From Alphaproteobacteria bacterium (GTDB lineage Bacteria; Pseudomonadota; Alphaproteobacteria; UBA828), in assembly GCA_965214705.1 (NCBI GenBank), contig OZ243972.1, forward strand, positions 2,400,001 to 2,464,000: DNA of 64,000 nucleotides. The letters run 5' to 3'. This document shows positions 20,947 to 31,610 of the stretch, in pieces (position 1 is the stretch's first letter; the number at the start of each line of letters is the position of its first letter). The notes under the pieces are model-generated. The model was given only the letters and a program-made list of their open reading frames with translations. It made no database searches and had not been told where the DNA came from. Position numbers and translations under genes: made by a program.

Positions 20947-21506
20947 GGGCTCATGAGCCCGGTGCCGGCGGCGGAGTCCCAGAGCAAGGGATAACGGCGC
21001 GGTGTGAACATCTGATAGTGCCACCATTCGTTGAGATAGTGATCCCAGCCGGCAGACGCCATCAGGCCGAGAAGCAGCATACGGTTGCGCTGGGCCGCCG
21101 ACGTCGGCGCGGTGCTACCGTGGAACGCGCGTGGCGTCAGGTCGTCGAAACCGGTGCCCATGTCGAGCGGCACCCCGGTCTCCCGGTCCGCGAGGCTGAG
21201 ATCGACCGCGACGCCACGCGAATGCGGCGATCCGCGCCGCGGGTCCGCGAGGAAGGTCGGGTCCGGACACTGCCGCCAGAGAGCCCATTGCGCCTCCACC
21301 GGACGATAGCCGTCGAAAACGACCAGCTTCAGGCCCTGGGTGTCGGCGAGTCCAATGGCGCGTTCCAACAGCGCTGCGGCTTCGCGGTGCAGGTAACACG
21401 CCGCCCGGCGGTAGATGGGGTGGCCGGTGACGTTGTCGTCGGTGGCGTAGGCGAGCGCCAGCGATACGTCGAAGCGCGGCGGTGCGATCTCGACCAGGTC
21501 GGTCAT
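20943..21506 (-). CDS. ddpX: D-alanyl-D-alanine dipeptidase (VanX/DdpX family)
   Basis: FDGYRP, SPHSRGVAVD, DMGTGFD, EWWH. Confidence 0.92.
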   Translation of the reverse strand: MTDLVEIAPPRFDVSLALAYATDDNVTGHPIYRRAACYLHREAAALLERAIGLADTQGLKLVVFDGYRPVEAQWALWRQCPDPTFLADPRRGSPHSRGVAVDLSLADRETGVPLDMGTGFDDLTPRAFHGSTAPTSAAQRNRMLLLGLMASAGWDHYLNEWWHYQMFTPRRYPLLWDSAAGTGLMSP

Positions 21507-21638
21507 GAACCCCAGGGTGTCGCGGACGTGGGCAGGGGCAACAACAATAGCACCGGCATGCCCGGCGTTGCATGGTTGCGGGTACGGCCGGACGGGTGCT
21601 AGAGCCGCGGACGACGGGAAGACGGCACAGCTCGGCTC

Positions 21639-22361
21639 ATGACCTCGGATGGATTGACGATACTCGGGTTCGACACGGCGACGACGGCCTGCTCCGGCGC
21701 GCTTTGGGCGGGTGGGGAGGTGATCGCCCACAGGCGCGTCGAGGCCGGGGGCCGGCACGCCGAGACTCTCGTCCCCATGCTGCGCGAGGTCGCGGCCGAA
21801 GGGAACACGACGCTTGCGGCGGTGGACCAGTTCGCGGTCACGGTCGGCCCCGGCTCGTTCACCGGCATCCGAATTGGCCTTGCGACCGCCCGCGGCCTCG
21901 CCCTCGCTCTGAAGCGGCCCTTGGTCGGCCTCTCGACGCTGGAAGTTCTTGCCGCCGGCGTTCCCAAAGCAGAGCGCGGCGGGCCAATCCTCGCCGCGCT
22001 CGATGCCAGACGGGGGCGTCTCTACGCCCAACTCTTCGATCGCTCGCTAAGCGCGCTTTCTGAACCCCAGGCCCTCCACGTGGAGGCGTTGCCCGGCCTT
22101 GTGGCGGCGGCAGGGAACGAAGAGCCGCTTGTCGTGGTGGGGACCGGGCAGGCCGCGGCGGTCGCGGCGCTCGCGCCAACGATCGACGCGCTCCAGGCGA
22201 CCGGCTCGCCCACGCCCGATGCCCGCGTGCTCGTGCGCCGTGCCGCTACCCGCATCGAAACGGGAGGCGGTGAATGCAACGCCGTGCGACCTCTCTATCT
22301 CCGGGAGGCGGGAGCGCGGCCGCGTACGCGGCCGGCTGCAGGGGGACCGCCGCATGCGTGA
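21639..22361 (+). CDS. tsaB: tRNA threonylcarbamoyladenosine biosynthesis protein TsaB
   Basis: ILGFDTAT, GPGSFTGIRIG, DARRG, PLYLR. Confidence 0.93.
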   Translation: MTSDGLTILGFDTATTACSGALWAGGEVIAHRRVEAGGRHAETLVPMLREVAAEGNTTLAAVDQFAVTVGPGSFTGIRIGLATARGLALALKRPLVGLSTLEVLAAGVPKAERGGPILAALDARRGRLYAQLFDRSLSALSEPQALHVEALPGLVAAAGNEEPLVVVGTGQAAAVAALAPTIDALQATGSPTPDARVLVRRAATRIETGGGECNAVRPLYLREAGARPRTRPAAGGPPHA

Positions 22362-22431
22362 GCGGTTTGGCGAAGTAGCGATGACCATCCAGGTGTTGCG
22401 TCCCGGCGATTTGCCGGCGGAAGCAAGTTAG
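22354..22431 (+). pseudogene. Possible N-terminal remnant of a RimI-type GNAT acetyltransferase
   Basis: Short ORF overlapping the tsaB stop, containing MTIQVLRPGDLPA, at the position where rimI usually follows tsaB. Confidence 0.35.
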
Positions 22432-23237
22432 GCGGGGCGCGGGGCCCAGAAACGTTTTCTGATCGGCGGGGTGAGTTTGCCGCTGATCGCGCGGGAGACC
22501 CCATCGGCGATCGCGGCCTGGCAGGCTTCGGCCATCTCCTTGCGGGAGCCGAACTGCTCGATGGTCACGGGCTCGTGGAACTGGATGGCGATGGTGGCAT
22601 TGCCGAGACCGGCCACCTTCCAGAGATGGCTCGCGAGCTCCATGTCCCCGTACCAGGCGTAGAACGGGCGGTAGGGCCGCCCCATGGGAATTCCGTTCAG
22701 CCGTGTGTAGGCGATCGAGACCGGCTGGACCGTGAGCGGTTTGCCCCTGACCGGCTTCTCGGCAATGCCGAAGAAGGCGCTCTTGAACGGCAGCACCCTG
22801 TTGCCGTCGTTGCTGGTGCCTTCCGGGAACAGGATCAGGTTGTCGCCGGCTTCGAGCCGGGCGGTCATGTTGTCGCGGTGATGGGCGGTCCGCGACGCGC
22901 GGCGCTCCACGAACACGGTCCGCTGCAGTTTGGCGAGGAAGCCGAACAAGGGCCAGTTCCGCACCTCGGCTTTGGCGACGAAGCTCCCCGGCACCACGGC
23001 GCCCAGCGCGCTGATGTCGAGATAAGAGGTGTGATTGCACACGAAGAGGGTGGGCACGGTCCGCGACGCCGTGCCGTACCGCTCGATCCTGAACCCGAAG
23101 ATGCGGCACACGCCCCGGTGCCAGACCATGGGCAGACGCTTGGCGAGCGGCGCCCGGATCGCCATGAGGACCAGTTGAAACGGGACCAGACTGATGGTCC
23201 AGCCGAAGAAGCGAAGCAACACCACGAACGCGATCAT
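22428..23237 (-). CDS. olsA: Lyso-ornithine lipid acyltransferase (PlsC family)
   Basis: NHTSYLD, FVAKAE, FPEGTS; translationally coupled to olsB. Confidence 0.82.
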   Translation of the reverse strand: MIAFVVLLRFFGWTISLVPFQLVLMAIRAPLAKRLPMVWHRGVCRIFGFRIERYGTASRTVPTLFVCNHTSYLDISALGAVVPGSFVAKAEVRNWPLFGFLAKLQRTVFVERRASRTAHHRDNMTARLEAGDNLILFPEGTSNDGNRVLPFKSAFFGIAEKPVRGKPLTVQPVSIAYTRLNGIPMGRPYRPFYAWYGDMELASHLWKVAGLGNATIAIQFHEPVTIEQFGSRKEMAEACQAAIADGVSRAISGKLTPPIRKRFWAPRPA

Positions 23238-24013
23238 GTGAGCTTGTCCCGGTAGCGTTGGGTCACGAGGTCGGTCTTGACGACGATGCTGACATCGACG
23301 CTGCCCCATTGCCAGTCGATCACCCCGCCGTCGCCGACGAAGCCGTTGAGCCTGAGATAGCCCTTGATCAGAGGCGGCACAGCCTTGAGCGCGGCCCGCC
23401 TGTCCAGCGCCTCCTTGGGTATCAGGTCCATGTTGACGTAGTGCTCGTCCCTGGCGCGCGGGCGGAGCGCCGGCGGCGCAAGGTAGTTGTGGTAGAGGTA
23501 GGAAAGCGGCTCGGCGTGCTCCTGAGGATCGGTGCCCGGAAAACTGGCGCAGCCGAACATGACCGGCACGTCGTAGTGCAGCACATAGGCCGCGTTGCCC
23601 CGCCAGAGCAAGGTCATGGTGGTGCCGTTGCGGTAGGCGGGGTCGACGCAGGAGCGGCCAAGCTCCAGGATCTCGCCGGGTTGGGCGACGATCGTATCGA
23701 TGTCGTACTCCCAGGACGAGTAGAAGCCGCCGTGGGCGTCCGCCACCGAGCGCCGAAGCAGGCGGTAAGTGCCGACCACCTTGTCGGCGGCGCTGCGGTC
23801 GTGGTCGATCACCATGAGATGGTCGCAATAGGTGTCGAAGCGGTCGAAGTCGCGCTCGCGCGCCGCCATCTCGCCGCTCGGGTCGGCCGCCATCTCCTCG
23901 TAGAAGACGCGATAGCGCAGCGCTTGGACGGCGTCCACGTCCGCCGCCGAGCGGGCCAGGCGAACCTCAAGGCTACCGGCGACGATCCCGGCCATGAAAT
24001 CATCGTCGGTCAT
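23234..24013 (-). CDS. olsB: Ornithine N-acyltransferase (GNAT)
   Basis: ALRYRVFYEEM, ELGRSCV, FGCASF, PPLIKGYLRL. Confidence 0.88.
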   Translation of the reverse strand: MTDDDFMAGIVAGSLEVRLARSAADVDAVQALRYRVFYEEMAADPSGEMAARERDFDRFDTYCDHLMVIDHDRSAADKVVGTYRLLRRSVADAHGGFYSSWEYDIDTIVAQPGEILELGRSCVDPAYRNGTTMTLLWRGNAAYVLHYDVPVMFGCASFPGTDPQEHAEPLSYLYHNYLAPPALRPRARDEHYVNMDLIPKEALDRRAALKAVPPLIKGYLRLNGFVGDGGVIDWQWGSVDVSIVVKTDLVTQRYRDKLT

Positions 24014-24028
24014 GGGCTCTCGCTTGCG

Positions 24029-24451
24029 CTAGTCCTCGGGCGTGTCCAACGGGACCGCGTAGAGCTCCAGCCGGTGATCCACCAGCTTGTAGCCGAGCGC
24101 CTTGGCGACGGCGGCCTGGAGCGCCTCGATCTCTTCGTTCTGAAACTCGATCACCTTGCCCGACGTGAGGTCGATCAGGTGATCGTGGTGCTCGTCGGGA
24201 TGCTCCTCATAGCGCGCCCGCCCGTCGCGGAAGTCGTGGCGTTCCAGCAGCCCGCATTCCTCGAAGAGCCGCACCGTGCGATAGACCGTCGCCAAGCTGA
24301 TGCGCGGATCGATGGCGGTCGCGCGCTGGTAGAGCCCCTCCACGTCGGGATGGTCCTTGGCGTCCGAGAGGACGCGCGCAATCACGCGCCGCTGCTCGGT
24401 CATCTTCAGACCGATTTCGGCGCATCGCTTTTCGAGGTTCGATGCCGGCAC
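24029..24451 (-). CDS. fur: Fur/Mur family transcriptional regulator
   Basis: MTEQRRVIA, DHPD, SLATVYRT, HHDHLID; a TATAAT -10 lies just upstream. Confidence 0.9.
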   Translation of the reverse strand: MPASNLEKRCAEIGLKMTEQRRVIARVLSDAKDHPDVEGLYQRATAIDPRISLATVYRTVRLFEECGLLERHDFRDGRARYEEHPDEHHDHLIDLTSGKVIEFQNEEIEALQAAVAKALGYKLVDHRLELYAVPLDTPED

Positions 24452-24614
24452 GGGGGCCTGCTTCTCCACGGCCGTGTGACTCACGGCATTATAAGCCAGT
24501 GCGCGGGGCGTGGCGACCACTGCGGCCCAGAATCGGCTTCCAGCGGTGGCAATCGAACCGCGATTGCCCTAGGTTTCCTGCACTGGAGCGCCACGCACCC
24601 GGCGAAGCGGGTCC

Positions 24615-24953
24615 ATGACCAATCAAAAGCCCGACCTTTCGAAGCAGCAGATCCTGGAGTCGATCGGCCGCATCGTCGCAGACGGCGAGGGGCGCGAGCC
24701 GGACCCCGGCGAGGACGACGACATCCTCGACCTGATCGACGTGGTGGACGAGCAGGGCAACGCGATCCATCTGGATCAGGAGCGTGGAGGCGCGCCGGAA
24801 GTCGCGGAGGACGGCCGGGCCAGCGAGGAGCAGGTGCTGGAGACGCTCCGGCCGATGCTGCAGACGTGGCTCGACACCCACATGCCTCCGATGGTCGAGC
24901 GCTTGGTCAAGCGCGAGATCGAACGCGTGTCGAGCCGCGCCGAGCCCGAGTAA
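24615..24953 (+). CDS. DUF2497/PopZ-like polar organizing protein, short form
   Basis: ILESIGRIV N-helix, acidic linker, LRPMLQTWLD.HMPPMVERLVKREIER; directly upstream of valS. Confidence 0.8.
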   Translation: MTNQKPDLSKQQILESIGRIVADGEGREPDPGEDDDILDLIDVVDEQGNAIHLDQERGGAPEVAEDGRASEEQVLETLRPMLQTWLDTHMPPMVERLVKREIERVSSRAEPE

Positions 24954-25026
24954 GCCGCTCCCGCAAGGTGCCATTCCACCTGCCGCCACACTAGCCCCAT
25001 CTCCCTGAAACGGTTACGAGACGACG

Positions 25027-27678
25027 ATGCTGGAGAAGACCTATCGGCCTGCCGATTTCGAGGGCCGTCTTTACGATCTTTGGGAGAAGAGCGGCGGTTT
25101 CGCCGGGAACCCAGGCGGCGGTACGCCCTGGTGCGTGATGATGCCGCCGCCGAATGTCACCGGCAGCCTGCACATGGGGCACGCGCTCAACAACACGCTG
25201 CAGGACGTGCTCACCCGCTACCGGCGCAAGACCGGCCGTAACGCGCTCTGGCAGCCGGGCATGGACCACGCGGGCATCGCGACGCAGATGGTGGTCGAGC
25301 GCCAGCTGGCCGAGGAGGGGACGGATCGGCGCAGCCTCGGCCGCGATGCCTTCATCGATCGGGTCTGGTCCTGGAAGGCGGAATCCGGCGGCGCCATCGG
25401 GCGCCAGCTCCGCCGCCTCGGTGCTTCGCCCGACTGGTCGCGCGAGCGCTTCACCATGGACGAAGGCTTGAGCCGGGCGGTGATCGAGGTCTTCGTCACC
25501 CTCTACCGGCAAGGCCTGATCTACCGCGACAAGCGCCTGGTCAACTGGGACCCGGTATTGGGCACTGCGATCTCCGATCTGGAGGTCGAGCAGCGCGAGA
25601 TGCGGGACGGCAAGCTCTGGCACATCCGCTATCCGCTGGAAGGGCGGCCCGGCGCGCACATCGTCGTCGCCACCACCCGGCCCGAGACCATGCTGGGCGA
25701 TACCGCCGTCGCCGTGCACCCGGAGGACGAGCGCTATCGGGGTCTCATCGGCAGCCGCGCCGTGTTGCCCCTCGTCGGTCGCTACCTGCCGATCGTTGCC
25801 GATGACTACGCCGACCCCGAGCAGGGCTCGGGCGCGGTGAAGATCACGCCGGCCCACGACTTCAACGACTTCGAGGTGGGCCGTCGTCACGACCTCGAGA
25901 TCGTCAACGTGTTCGACGCCGAGGCCCGGATCAACGAGAACGCGCCCGAGGCCTACCGCGGCCTCGACCGGATGGAGGCGCGCGAGCGCGTGCTTGCCGA
26001 CCTGGAAGCGCAAGGCCTGATCGAGGCGGTCGAGCCCCACGTCCACGCCGTGCCCCACGGCGACCGTTCGGGCGCGGTGATCGAGCCGTGGCTCACCGAC
26101 CAGTGGTACGTCGATGCCGAGACGCTGGCCAAGCCTGCGATCGAGGCGGTGGAGGACGGCCGCATCCGCTTCGTGCCGGAGCGTTGGGCCAACACCTATT
26201 TCGAGTGGATGCGCAACATCCAGCCCTGGTGCATCTCGCGCCAGCTCTGGTGGGGCCACCGCATCCCGGCGTGGTACGGGCCCGACGGCCAGGTCTTCGT
26301 CGCCGCCACCGAGGCCGAGGCGGAGGAGCAGGCAGCGCTACATTACGGCCGAGCCGAGCCGCTCACGCGCGACGAAGACGTGCTGGATACCTGGTTCAGC
26401 TCGGGCCTCTGGCCCTTCTCGACCCTGGGCTGGCCCGAGCGTACCGACGCGCTGGAGACCTACTACCCCAACAGCGATCTGATCACGGGCTTCGATATCA
26501 TCTTCTTCTGGGTCGCCCGGATGGTGATGTTGGGAATGCACTTCATAAGCGATGTCCCCTTCCGCACGGTCTACATCCACGCACTCGTGCGCGACGAGAA
26601 GGGGCAGAAGATGTCGAAGAGCAAGGGCAACGTGATCGACCCGCTCGCGCTCATCGACAAGTACGGCGCCGATGCGCTGCGCTTTACGCTGGCGGCGATG
26701 GAGGCGCAGGGGCGCGACATCAAGCTCGCCGAGAGCCGCGTCGCCGGCTACCGCAACTTCGCCACCAAGCTCTGGAACGCGGCGCGCTTTTGCGAGGCCA
26801 ACGGGTGTACGCCCGTCGCCGGCTTCGATCCCGCCGAGGCCGAGGGCCAGGTCAATCGCTGGATCGTGGGCGAGGCCGCCCGCGCGGCCCGCGAGGTGAC
26901 GGACGCGCTCGACGCCTATCGCTTCGATGCGGCGGCGGGCGCGGTCTACCATTTCACCTGGGATGTCTTCTGCGATTGGTATCTTGAATTTTCCAAGCCC
27001 ACGCTGTCGGGTCCCGACGGACCGGCGAAAGCGGAGACTCGCGCTACTGCCGCCTGGGTGCTGGATACGATTTTGGGTCTGCTCCATCCCTTCATGCCCT
27101 TCGTCACCGAGGAGCTTTGGGGCCGGATCGACGAGAGCCGCGCGGGCACGCTAATCACGGCGTCCTGGCCGGCGCTCGACGAGAGCATCGGCGATACCGA
27201 TGCCGCGCAAGAGATGGACTGGGTGGTGCGACTGGTCACGGCGGTGCGCGCCGTCAGGGCCGAGATGAACGTGCCGGCCGGCGCCCGCATCGCTCTCGGA
27301 TTGCGCGGGTGCGCGCCGGAGACGGCAGCGCGCCTCGATCGCCACCGTGAGGTCATCGCTCGGCTCGCCCGCCTCAGCGAGGCCGAGGCGCTGGACGGCG
27401 ACGTGCCATCTGGCTCGGTGCAGATGATGCTGGACGAAGCGACCGTCGTGCTCCCGCTCGCGGGTGTGATCGAGTTCGACAAGGAACGCGCAAGGCTCGA
27501 CCGGGAGCTCGGCAAGGTGGGCATGGAGCGGGCCAAGCTGGAGCGGAAGCTGGAGAACGAGCAATTCCTGTCGCGGGCGCCGGCCCACGTCGTCGAAGAG
27601 CAGCGCGGACGCCTCGACGAGGCGTGCACGGTAGAAGCCCGGCTCAAGGCCGCGCTGGAGCGCATCGCCGCGTCGTAA
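25027..27678 (+). CDS. valS: Valine--tRNA ligase
   Basis: [29 protein letters not shown]. Confidence 0.98.
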   Translation: MLEKTYRPADFEGRLYDLWEKSGGFAGNPGGGTPWCVMMPPPNVTGSLHMGHALNNTLQDVLTRYRRKTGRNALWQPGMDHAGIATQMVVERQLAEEGTDRRSLGRDAFIDRVWSWKAESGGAIGRQLRRLGASPDWSRERFTMDEGLSRAVIEVFVTLYRQGLIYRDKRLVNWDPVLGTAISDLEVEQREMRDGKLWHIRYPLEGRPGAHIVVATTRPETMLGDTAVAVHPEDERYRGLIGSRAVLPLVGRYLPIVADDYADPEQGSGAVKITPAHDFNDFEVGRRHDLEIVNVFDAEARINENAPEAYRGLDRMEARERVLADLEAQGLIEAVEPHVHAVPHGDRSGAVIEPWLTDQWYVDAETLAKPAIEAVEDGRIRFVPERWANTYFEWMRNIQPWCISRQLWWGHRIPAWYGPDGQVFVAATEAEAEEQAALHYGRAEPLTRDEDVLDTWFSSGLWPFSTLGWPERTDALETYYPNSDLITGFDIIFFWVARMVMLGMHFISDVPFRTVYIHALVRDEKGQKMSKSKGNVIDPLALIDKYGADALRFTLAAMEAQGRDIKLAESRVAGYRNFATKLWNAARFCEANGCTPVAGFDPAEAEGQVNRWIVGEAARAAREVTDALDAYRFDAAAGAVYHFTWDVFCDWYLEFSKPTLSGPDGPAKAETRATAAWVLDTILGLLHPFMPFVTEELWGRIDESRAGTLITASWPALDESIGDTDAAQEMDWVVRLVTAVRAVRAEMNVPAGARIALGLRGCAPETAARLDRHREVIARLARLSEAEALDGDVPSGSVQMMLDEATVVLPLAGVIEFDKERARLDRELGKVGMERAKLERKLENEQFLSRAPAHVVEEQRGRLDEACTVEARLKAALERIAAS

Positions 27679-27825
27679 CGGTGCCGCGACGACGCGCGCC
27701 GCTTGACCGCGGCCCACCGGGGCGAGTAAGCCGTGCGCCGTCGGGCCGGGGCTGGGTAGGTCGGCCCGCACTGCAAATACCGCACCGCCCCGCAACCGAG
27801 GGCGGCGCGTAGGGGGAAGGGCGCC

Positions 27826-29547
27826 ATGAGCACGAAATTCGACAAGTCGAAGCTGCCGAGCAGGCACATCACCGAAGGGGCGAAGAGCGCCGCGCACCGG
27901 TCGTTCTTCTATGCCATGGGCGTCTCCCGCCAGGCGATGAGCCGGCCCATCGTGGGCGTCGCCACCACCTGGAACGAGACCGCGCCCTGCAACATCACGC
28001 TGCGCCGCCAGGCGCTGGCGGCGAAGGCGGGTGTGGACGAGGCCGGCGGCACACCGCGGGAGTTCACCACGATCACGGTGACCGACGGCATCGCCATGGG
28101 CCACCAGGGCATGAAGTCTTCGCTGGTCTCTCGCGACGTGATCGCGGATTCGGTGGAGCTCACCATGCGCGGCCACTCCTACGACGCGCTGGTGGGCATC
28201 GCCGGCTGCGACAAGTCGCTGCCCGGAATGATGATGGCGTTGGTCAGGCTCAACGTGCCGGGCGTCTTCCTCTATGGCGGCTCCATCCTGCCGGGGCGCT
28301 TCCGTGGCAAGGACGTCACGGTGATGGACGTCTACGAGTATTACGGCAAGCTCAACCAGGGCGACGTCACCGAGAAAGACCTTGAGGAGATCGAGGCGGC
28401 GGCATGCCCCTCCGGCGGCTCCTGCGGCGGCCAGTTCACCGCCAACACCATGGCCTGCGTCTCCGAGGCCATCGGCCTCGCGCTGCCGCATTCGGCGGGC
28501 GCGCCGGCGGTCTACGAATCCCGCGACGAGTTCGCCGTGGCCTCCGGCACGTGCGTCATGGACCTGATCGAGAAGAACCTTCGCCCGCGCGACATCGTGA
28601 CCCGCAAGGCGATGGAGAACGCGGCGACGGTGGTGGCGGCGACCGGCGGCTCGACCAACGCGGGGCTGCACCTGCCGGCCATCGCGAACGAGGCGGGGAT
28701 CGACTTCGATCTCGCGGCGGTGGCGGAGGTGTTCAAGCGCACCCCCTACATCGCCGATCTCAAGCCGGGCGGCCGCTACGTCGCGAAGGACCTGTTCGAG
28801 GTCGGCGGCGTGCCCATCGTGCTCAAGGCGCTGCTCGAGGGCGGCTACCTGCACGGCGACTGCGTGACTGTGACCGGCCGCACGCTCGCCGAGAACCTTG
28901 CGGACGTGAAGTTCCCCACCGAGCAGGACGTGGTGGTGCCGACGTCCGCCCCGCTCTCGCCCACCGGCGGCGTGGTGGGGCTCAGCGGCAACCTCGCGCC
29001 GGAGGGCGCCATCGTGAAGGTGGCCGGCCTCTCGCGCCTCCGCCACGTCGGGCCCGCGCGCTGCTTCGACACCGAGGAAGAGGCGATGAAGGCCATCGTC
29101 AGCCGCGACTACAAGTCCGGCGACGTGATCGTCATTCGCTACGAGGGGCCGAAGGGCGGCCCCGGAATGCGCGAGATGCTGGCCGTCACCTCGCAGATCT
29201 ATGGCCAGGGCAAGGGCGAGGAGGTCGCTCTCATCACCGATGGCCGCTTCTCCGGCGCGACGCGGGGCTTCTGTATCGGCCATGTGGGGCCCGAGGCCGC
29301 GGTGGGCGGCCCCATCGCGCTCTTGCGCGATGGCGATCAGGTGACCGTCGATGCGACCAGCGGCGAGCTCAGCGTGGCCCTCTCCGACGCGGAGCTTGCG
29401 GAGCGTCGCAAGTCCTGGACGGAGCGCACGCACGACTACCAGGCCGGCGCGCTCTGGAAGTACGCGGCGACCGTCGGCCCGGCCTATCAAGGTGCGGTGA
29501 CGCACCCCGGCGGTGCGGCGGAAACCCATTGCTTCGCCGACATTTGA
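27826..29547 (+). CDS. ilvD: Dihydroxy-acid dehydratase
   Basis: [35 protein letters not shown]. Confidence 0.93.
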   Translation: MSTKFDKSKLPSRHITEGAKSAAHRSFFYAMGVSRQAMSRPIVGVATTWNETAPCNITLRRQALAAKAGVDEAGGTPREFTTITVTDGIAMGHQGMKSSLVSRDVIADSVELTMRGHSYDALVGIAGCDKSLPGMMMALVRLNVPGVFLYGGSILPGRFRGKDVTVMDVYEYYGKLNQGDVTEKDLEEIEAAACPSGGSCGGQFTANTMACVSEAIGLALPHSAGAPAVYESRDEFAVASGTCVMDLIEKNLRPRDIVTRKAMENAATVVAATGGSTNAGLHLPAIANEAGIDFDLAAVAEVFKRTPYIADLKPGGRYVAKDLFEVGGVPIVLKALLEGGYLHGDCVTVTGRTLAENLADVKFPTEQDVVVPTSAPLSPTGGVVGLSGNLAPEGAIVKVAGLSRLRHVGPARCFDTEEEAMKAIVSRDYKSGDVIVIRYEGPKGGPGMREMLAVTSQIYGQGKGEEVALITDGRFSGATRGFCIGHVGPEAAVGGPIALLRDGDQVTVDATSGELSVALSDAELAERRKSWTERTHDYQAGALWKYAATVGPAYQGAVTHPGGAAETHCFADI

Positions 29548-29572
29548 GCGATCGTCCGGGCGGTCACAGGCC

Positions 29573-30796
29573 ATGACCAAGGATGACGGCGACAAGGGGC
29601 GCTACCGGGACGAGACCCTGCTCTCGGTGCTCGGCCGAGACCCCGCGGCGAACCACGGCGTGGTCAATCCGCCCGTCTATCACGCGTCCACGATCCTGCA
29701 CGAGACGGCGGCGGCGCTGAGGGAAGCCACTTTCGGCGCGCGCCAGTACGGCAAGACCTATTACGGCCGCTACGGCACGCCCACGACCTTTCCGCTCCAG
29801 GATTCCATTGCCGCGCTGGAGCGGGGTCACCGCTGCTATCTGTTCGGCTCCGGCAAGGCGGCGATCGTGGCGGCGCTGCTCGCCTTCGTGAAGAGCGGCG
29901 ACCACGTGCTGATGACCGACAGTGCCTACGGCCCGACGCGGGGCCTTGCGAACGGGCTGCTCAAGCGCATGGGGGTCGAGACCACGTTCTACGACCCCTG
30001 TCTCGGTGTCGGCATCGCCGACCTGATGCGCCCCGAGACCAGCGTGGTGGTGGGCGAATCGCCGGGCTCGATCACCTTCGAGATCCAGGACTTTCCGGCG
30101 CTTGCCGAAGCGGCGCACGCGAATGACGCCGTGCTGATCGTGGACAACACCTGGGCCTCGCCCCTCTTTTGCCAGCCGCTTGCGTTGGGGGCGGACGTCT
30201 CGATCCAGGCCTGCACCAAGTACATCGTGGGCCATTCGGACGCGATGCTGGGCGCGGTCACCACCACCGAGGCCCACGTCGAGCCGGTGCGTCGCATCTT
30301 CGAGGAGCTTGGCGCCGCGCCCGGACCGGACGACTGCTATCTGGGCTTGCGCGGCCTGCGCACGCTCTCCGTCCGCCTGCACCGGCACCAGGAGACCGGC
30401 CTTGCGCTCGCCCGCTGGCTGCAGGCGCGCCCCGAGGTCCGCCAGGTGCTCCACCCCGCGCTGGAGGACGACCCCGGCCACGCGCTTTGGAAGCGCGATT
30501 TTTCCGGCGCCTCCAGCCTCTTCGGCGTGATACTGGAGCCGGTGCCGGAGTCTGCGGTCGATGCCTTCCTCGACTCGCTTGCGCTGTTCGGCCTCGGCTA
30601 CTCGTGGGGCGGCTACGAGAGCCTGGCGCTCCCCACCTATCCGTGGAAGCTTCGGGACGCGACCCGTTGGGACCCGGCCTATCCGCTGCTCCGCATCTAT
30701 GCGGGGCTGGAAGACCCGGACGACCTCATCGCCGACCTGGAAAAGGGATTCGAGCGCATGGCGGCAGCCCGAGACACCGCGACCATGGCCGATTGA
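29573..30796 (+). CDS. metC: Cystathionine beta-lyase
   Basis: VNPPVYHAST, YGRYGTPT, TKYIVGHSD (PLP lysine), GYSWGGYESL. Confidence 0.92.
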   Translation: MTKDDGDKGRYRDETLLSVLGRDPAANHGVVNPPVYHASTILHETAAALREATFGARQYGKTYYGRYGTPTTFPLQDSIAALERGHRCYLFGSGKAAIVAALLAFVKSGDHVLMTDSAYGPTRGLANGLLKRMGVETTFYDPCLGVGIADLMRPETSVVVGESPGSITFEIQDFPALAEAAHANDAVLIVDNTWASPLFCQPLALGADVSIQACTKYIVGHSDAMLGAVTTTEAHVEPVRRIFEELGAAPGPDDCYLGLRGLRTLSVRLHRHQETGLALARWLQARPEVRQVLHPALEDDPGHALWKRDFSGASSLFGVILEPVPESAVDAFLDSLALFGLGYSWGGYESLALPTYPWKLRDATRWDPAYPLLRIYAGLEDPDDLIADLEKGFERMAAARDTATMAD

Positions 30797-30844
30797 AGCG
30801 CCGAGCCCGCGCCTACCCTTGGCGTCCCGCCTCGCGCTTCCCAG

Positions 30845-31108
30845 CCCGCAATTCCCACCAGGGTCATGGTCTGCGCGGCGCTGTCCGGCCGCCAGGGTAG
30901 GAACGGCGCGCAGCGCGATGCGGGGACATCGGGGGAGTGGCTTGACGCACTCTGTCGGCCGGAGAGCGCCGCCCTTCGGGTCGCGCCCAGGCGCCCGCCC
31001 GCGTCGTCGCGGGCCTCAACCGTATTCCCTGATACGCCTTTCGGCCCGCTCCTCGCGGATCGAACACCTGAGCGCGACGCAGGCCGTGACCGTGGTGAGA
31101 ATTACGGG
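30845..31108. mobile_element. MITE-like non-autonomous element
   Basis: About 38-bp imperfect terminal inverted repeats (CCCGYAATTCYCACCASGGTCAYGGYCTGCG), flanked by CCAG and CTAG; no credible ORF. Confidence 0.65.
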
Positions 31109-31139
31109 CTAGATTAGTCACTCGCCATCAGGGGTTCCC

Positions 31140-31607
31140 ATGTACAACTGGTATTTTGAAGACCTGACGCCCGGCGCGCGTTTCGAGAGCCTGGGCAAGA
31201 CCTTGAGCGAAGCCGAGATTCTGGACTTCGCCTTCCAGTACGATCCGCAGCCCTTTCACATCGACATCGAGTACGCCGAGGCCGGTCCCTACGGCGGGCT
31301 CATCGCGAGCGGCATCCAGACCATCGCCGTGGCGCTCCGCATGATGGTCCAGACGCGGGTGTTCGCGCCCGAGATCGTCATGGGCTCGCCGGGAGTCGAG
31401 GAGCTGCGCTGGCTGCAGCCGGTGCGCCCCGGCGACACCATCCGCTCCACCGGGGAGATCCTCGAGACGCGGGTGTCGCGCTCCAAGCCAGAGCGGGGCC
31501 TCGTGCGCTATCGACTGGACGTGCTCAACCAGCGCGACGACGTGGTGATGACCATGACCAGCACCACGATCGTGCGGCGCGAGCCGGCGGCGGGCGGCGC
31601 CGCGTAG
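31140..31607 (+). CDS. MaoC family dehydratase
   Basis: YFEDL.PG, DPQPFH.D, LIASG, PVRPGD. Confidence 0.88.
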   Translation: MYNWYFEDLTPGARFESLGKTLSEAEILDFAFQYDPQPFHIDIEYAEAGPYGGLIASGIQTIAVALRMMVQTRVFAPEIVMGSPGVEELRWLQPVRPGDTIRSTGEILETRVSRSKPERGLVRYRLDVLNQRDDVVMTMTSTTIVRREPAAGGAA

Positions 31608-31610
31608 ACC

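Noticed and set aside
20943-21506. Vancomycin resistance (vanX)
   Set aside because: No vanA or vanH; DdpX homologues are common housekeeping dipeptidases in Gram-negative bacteria
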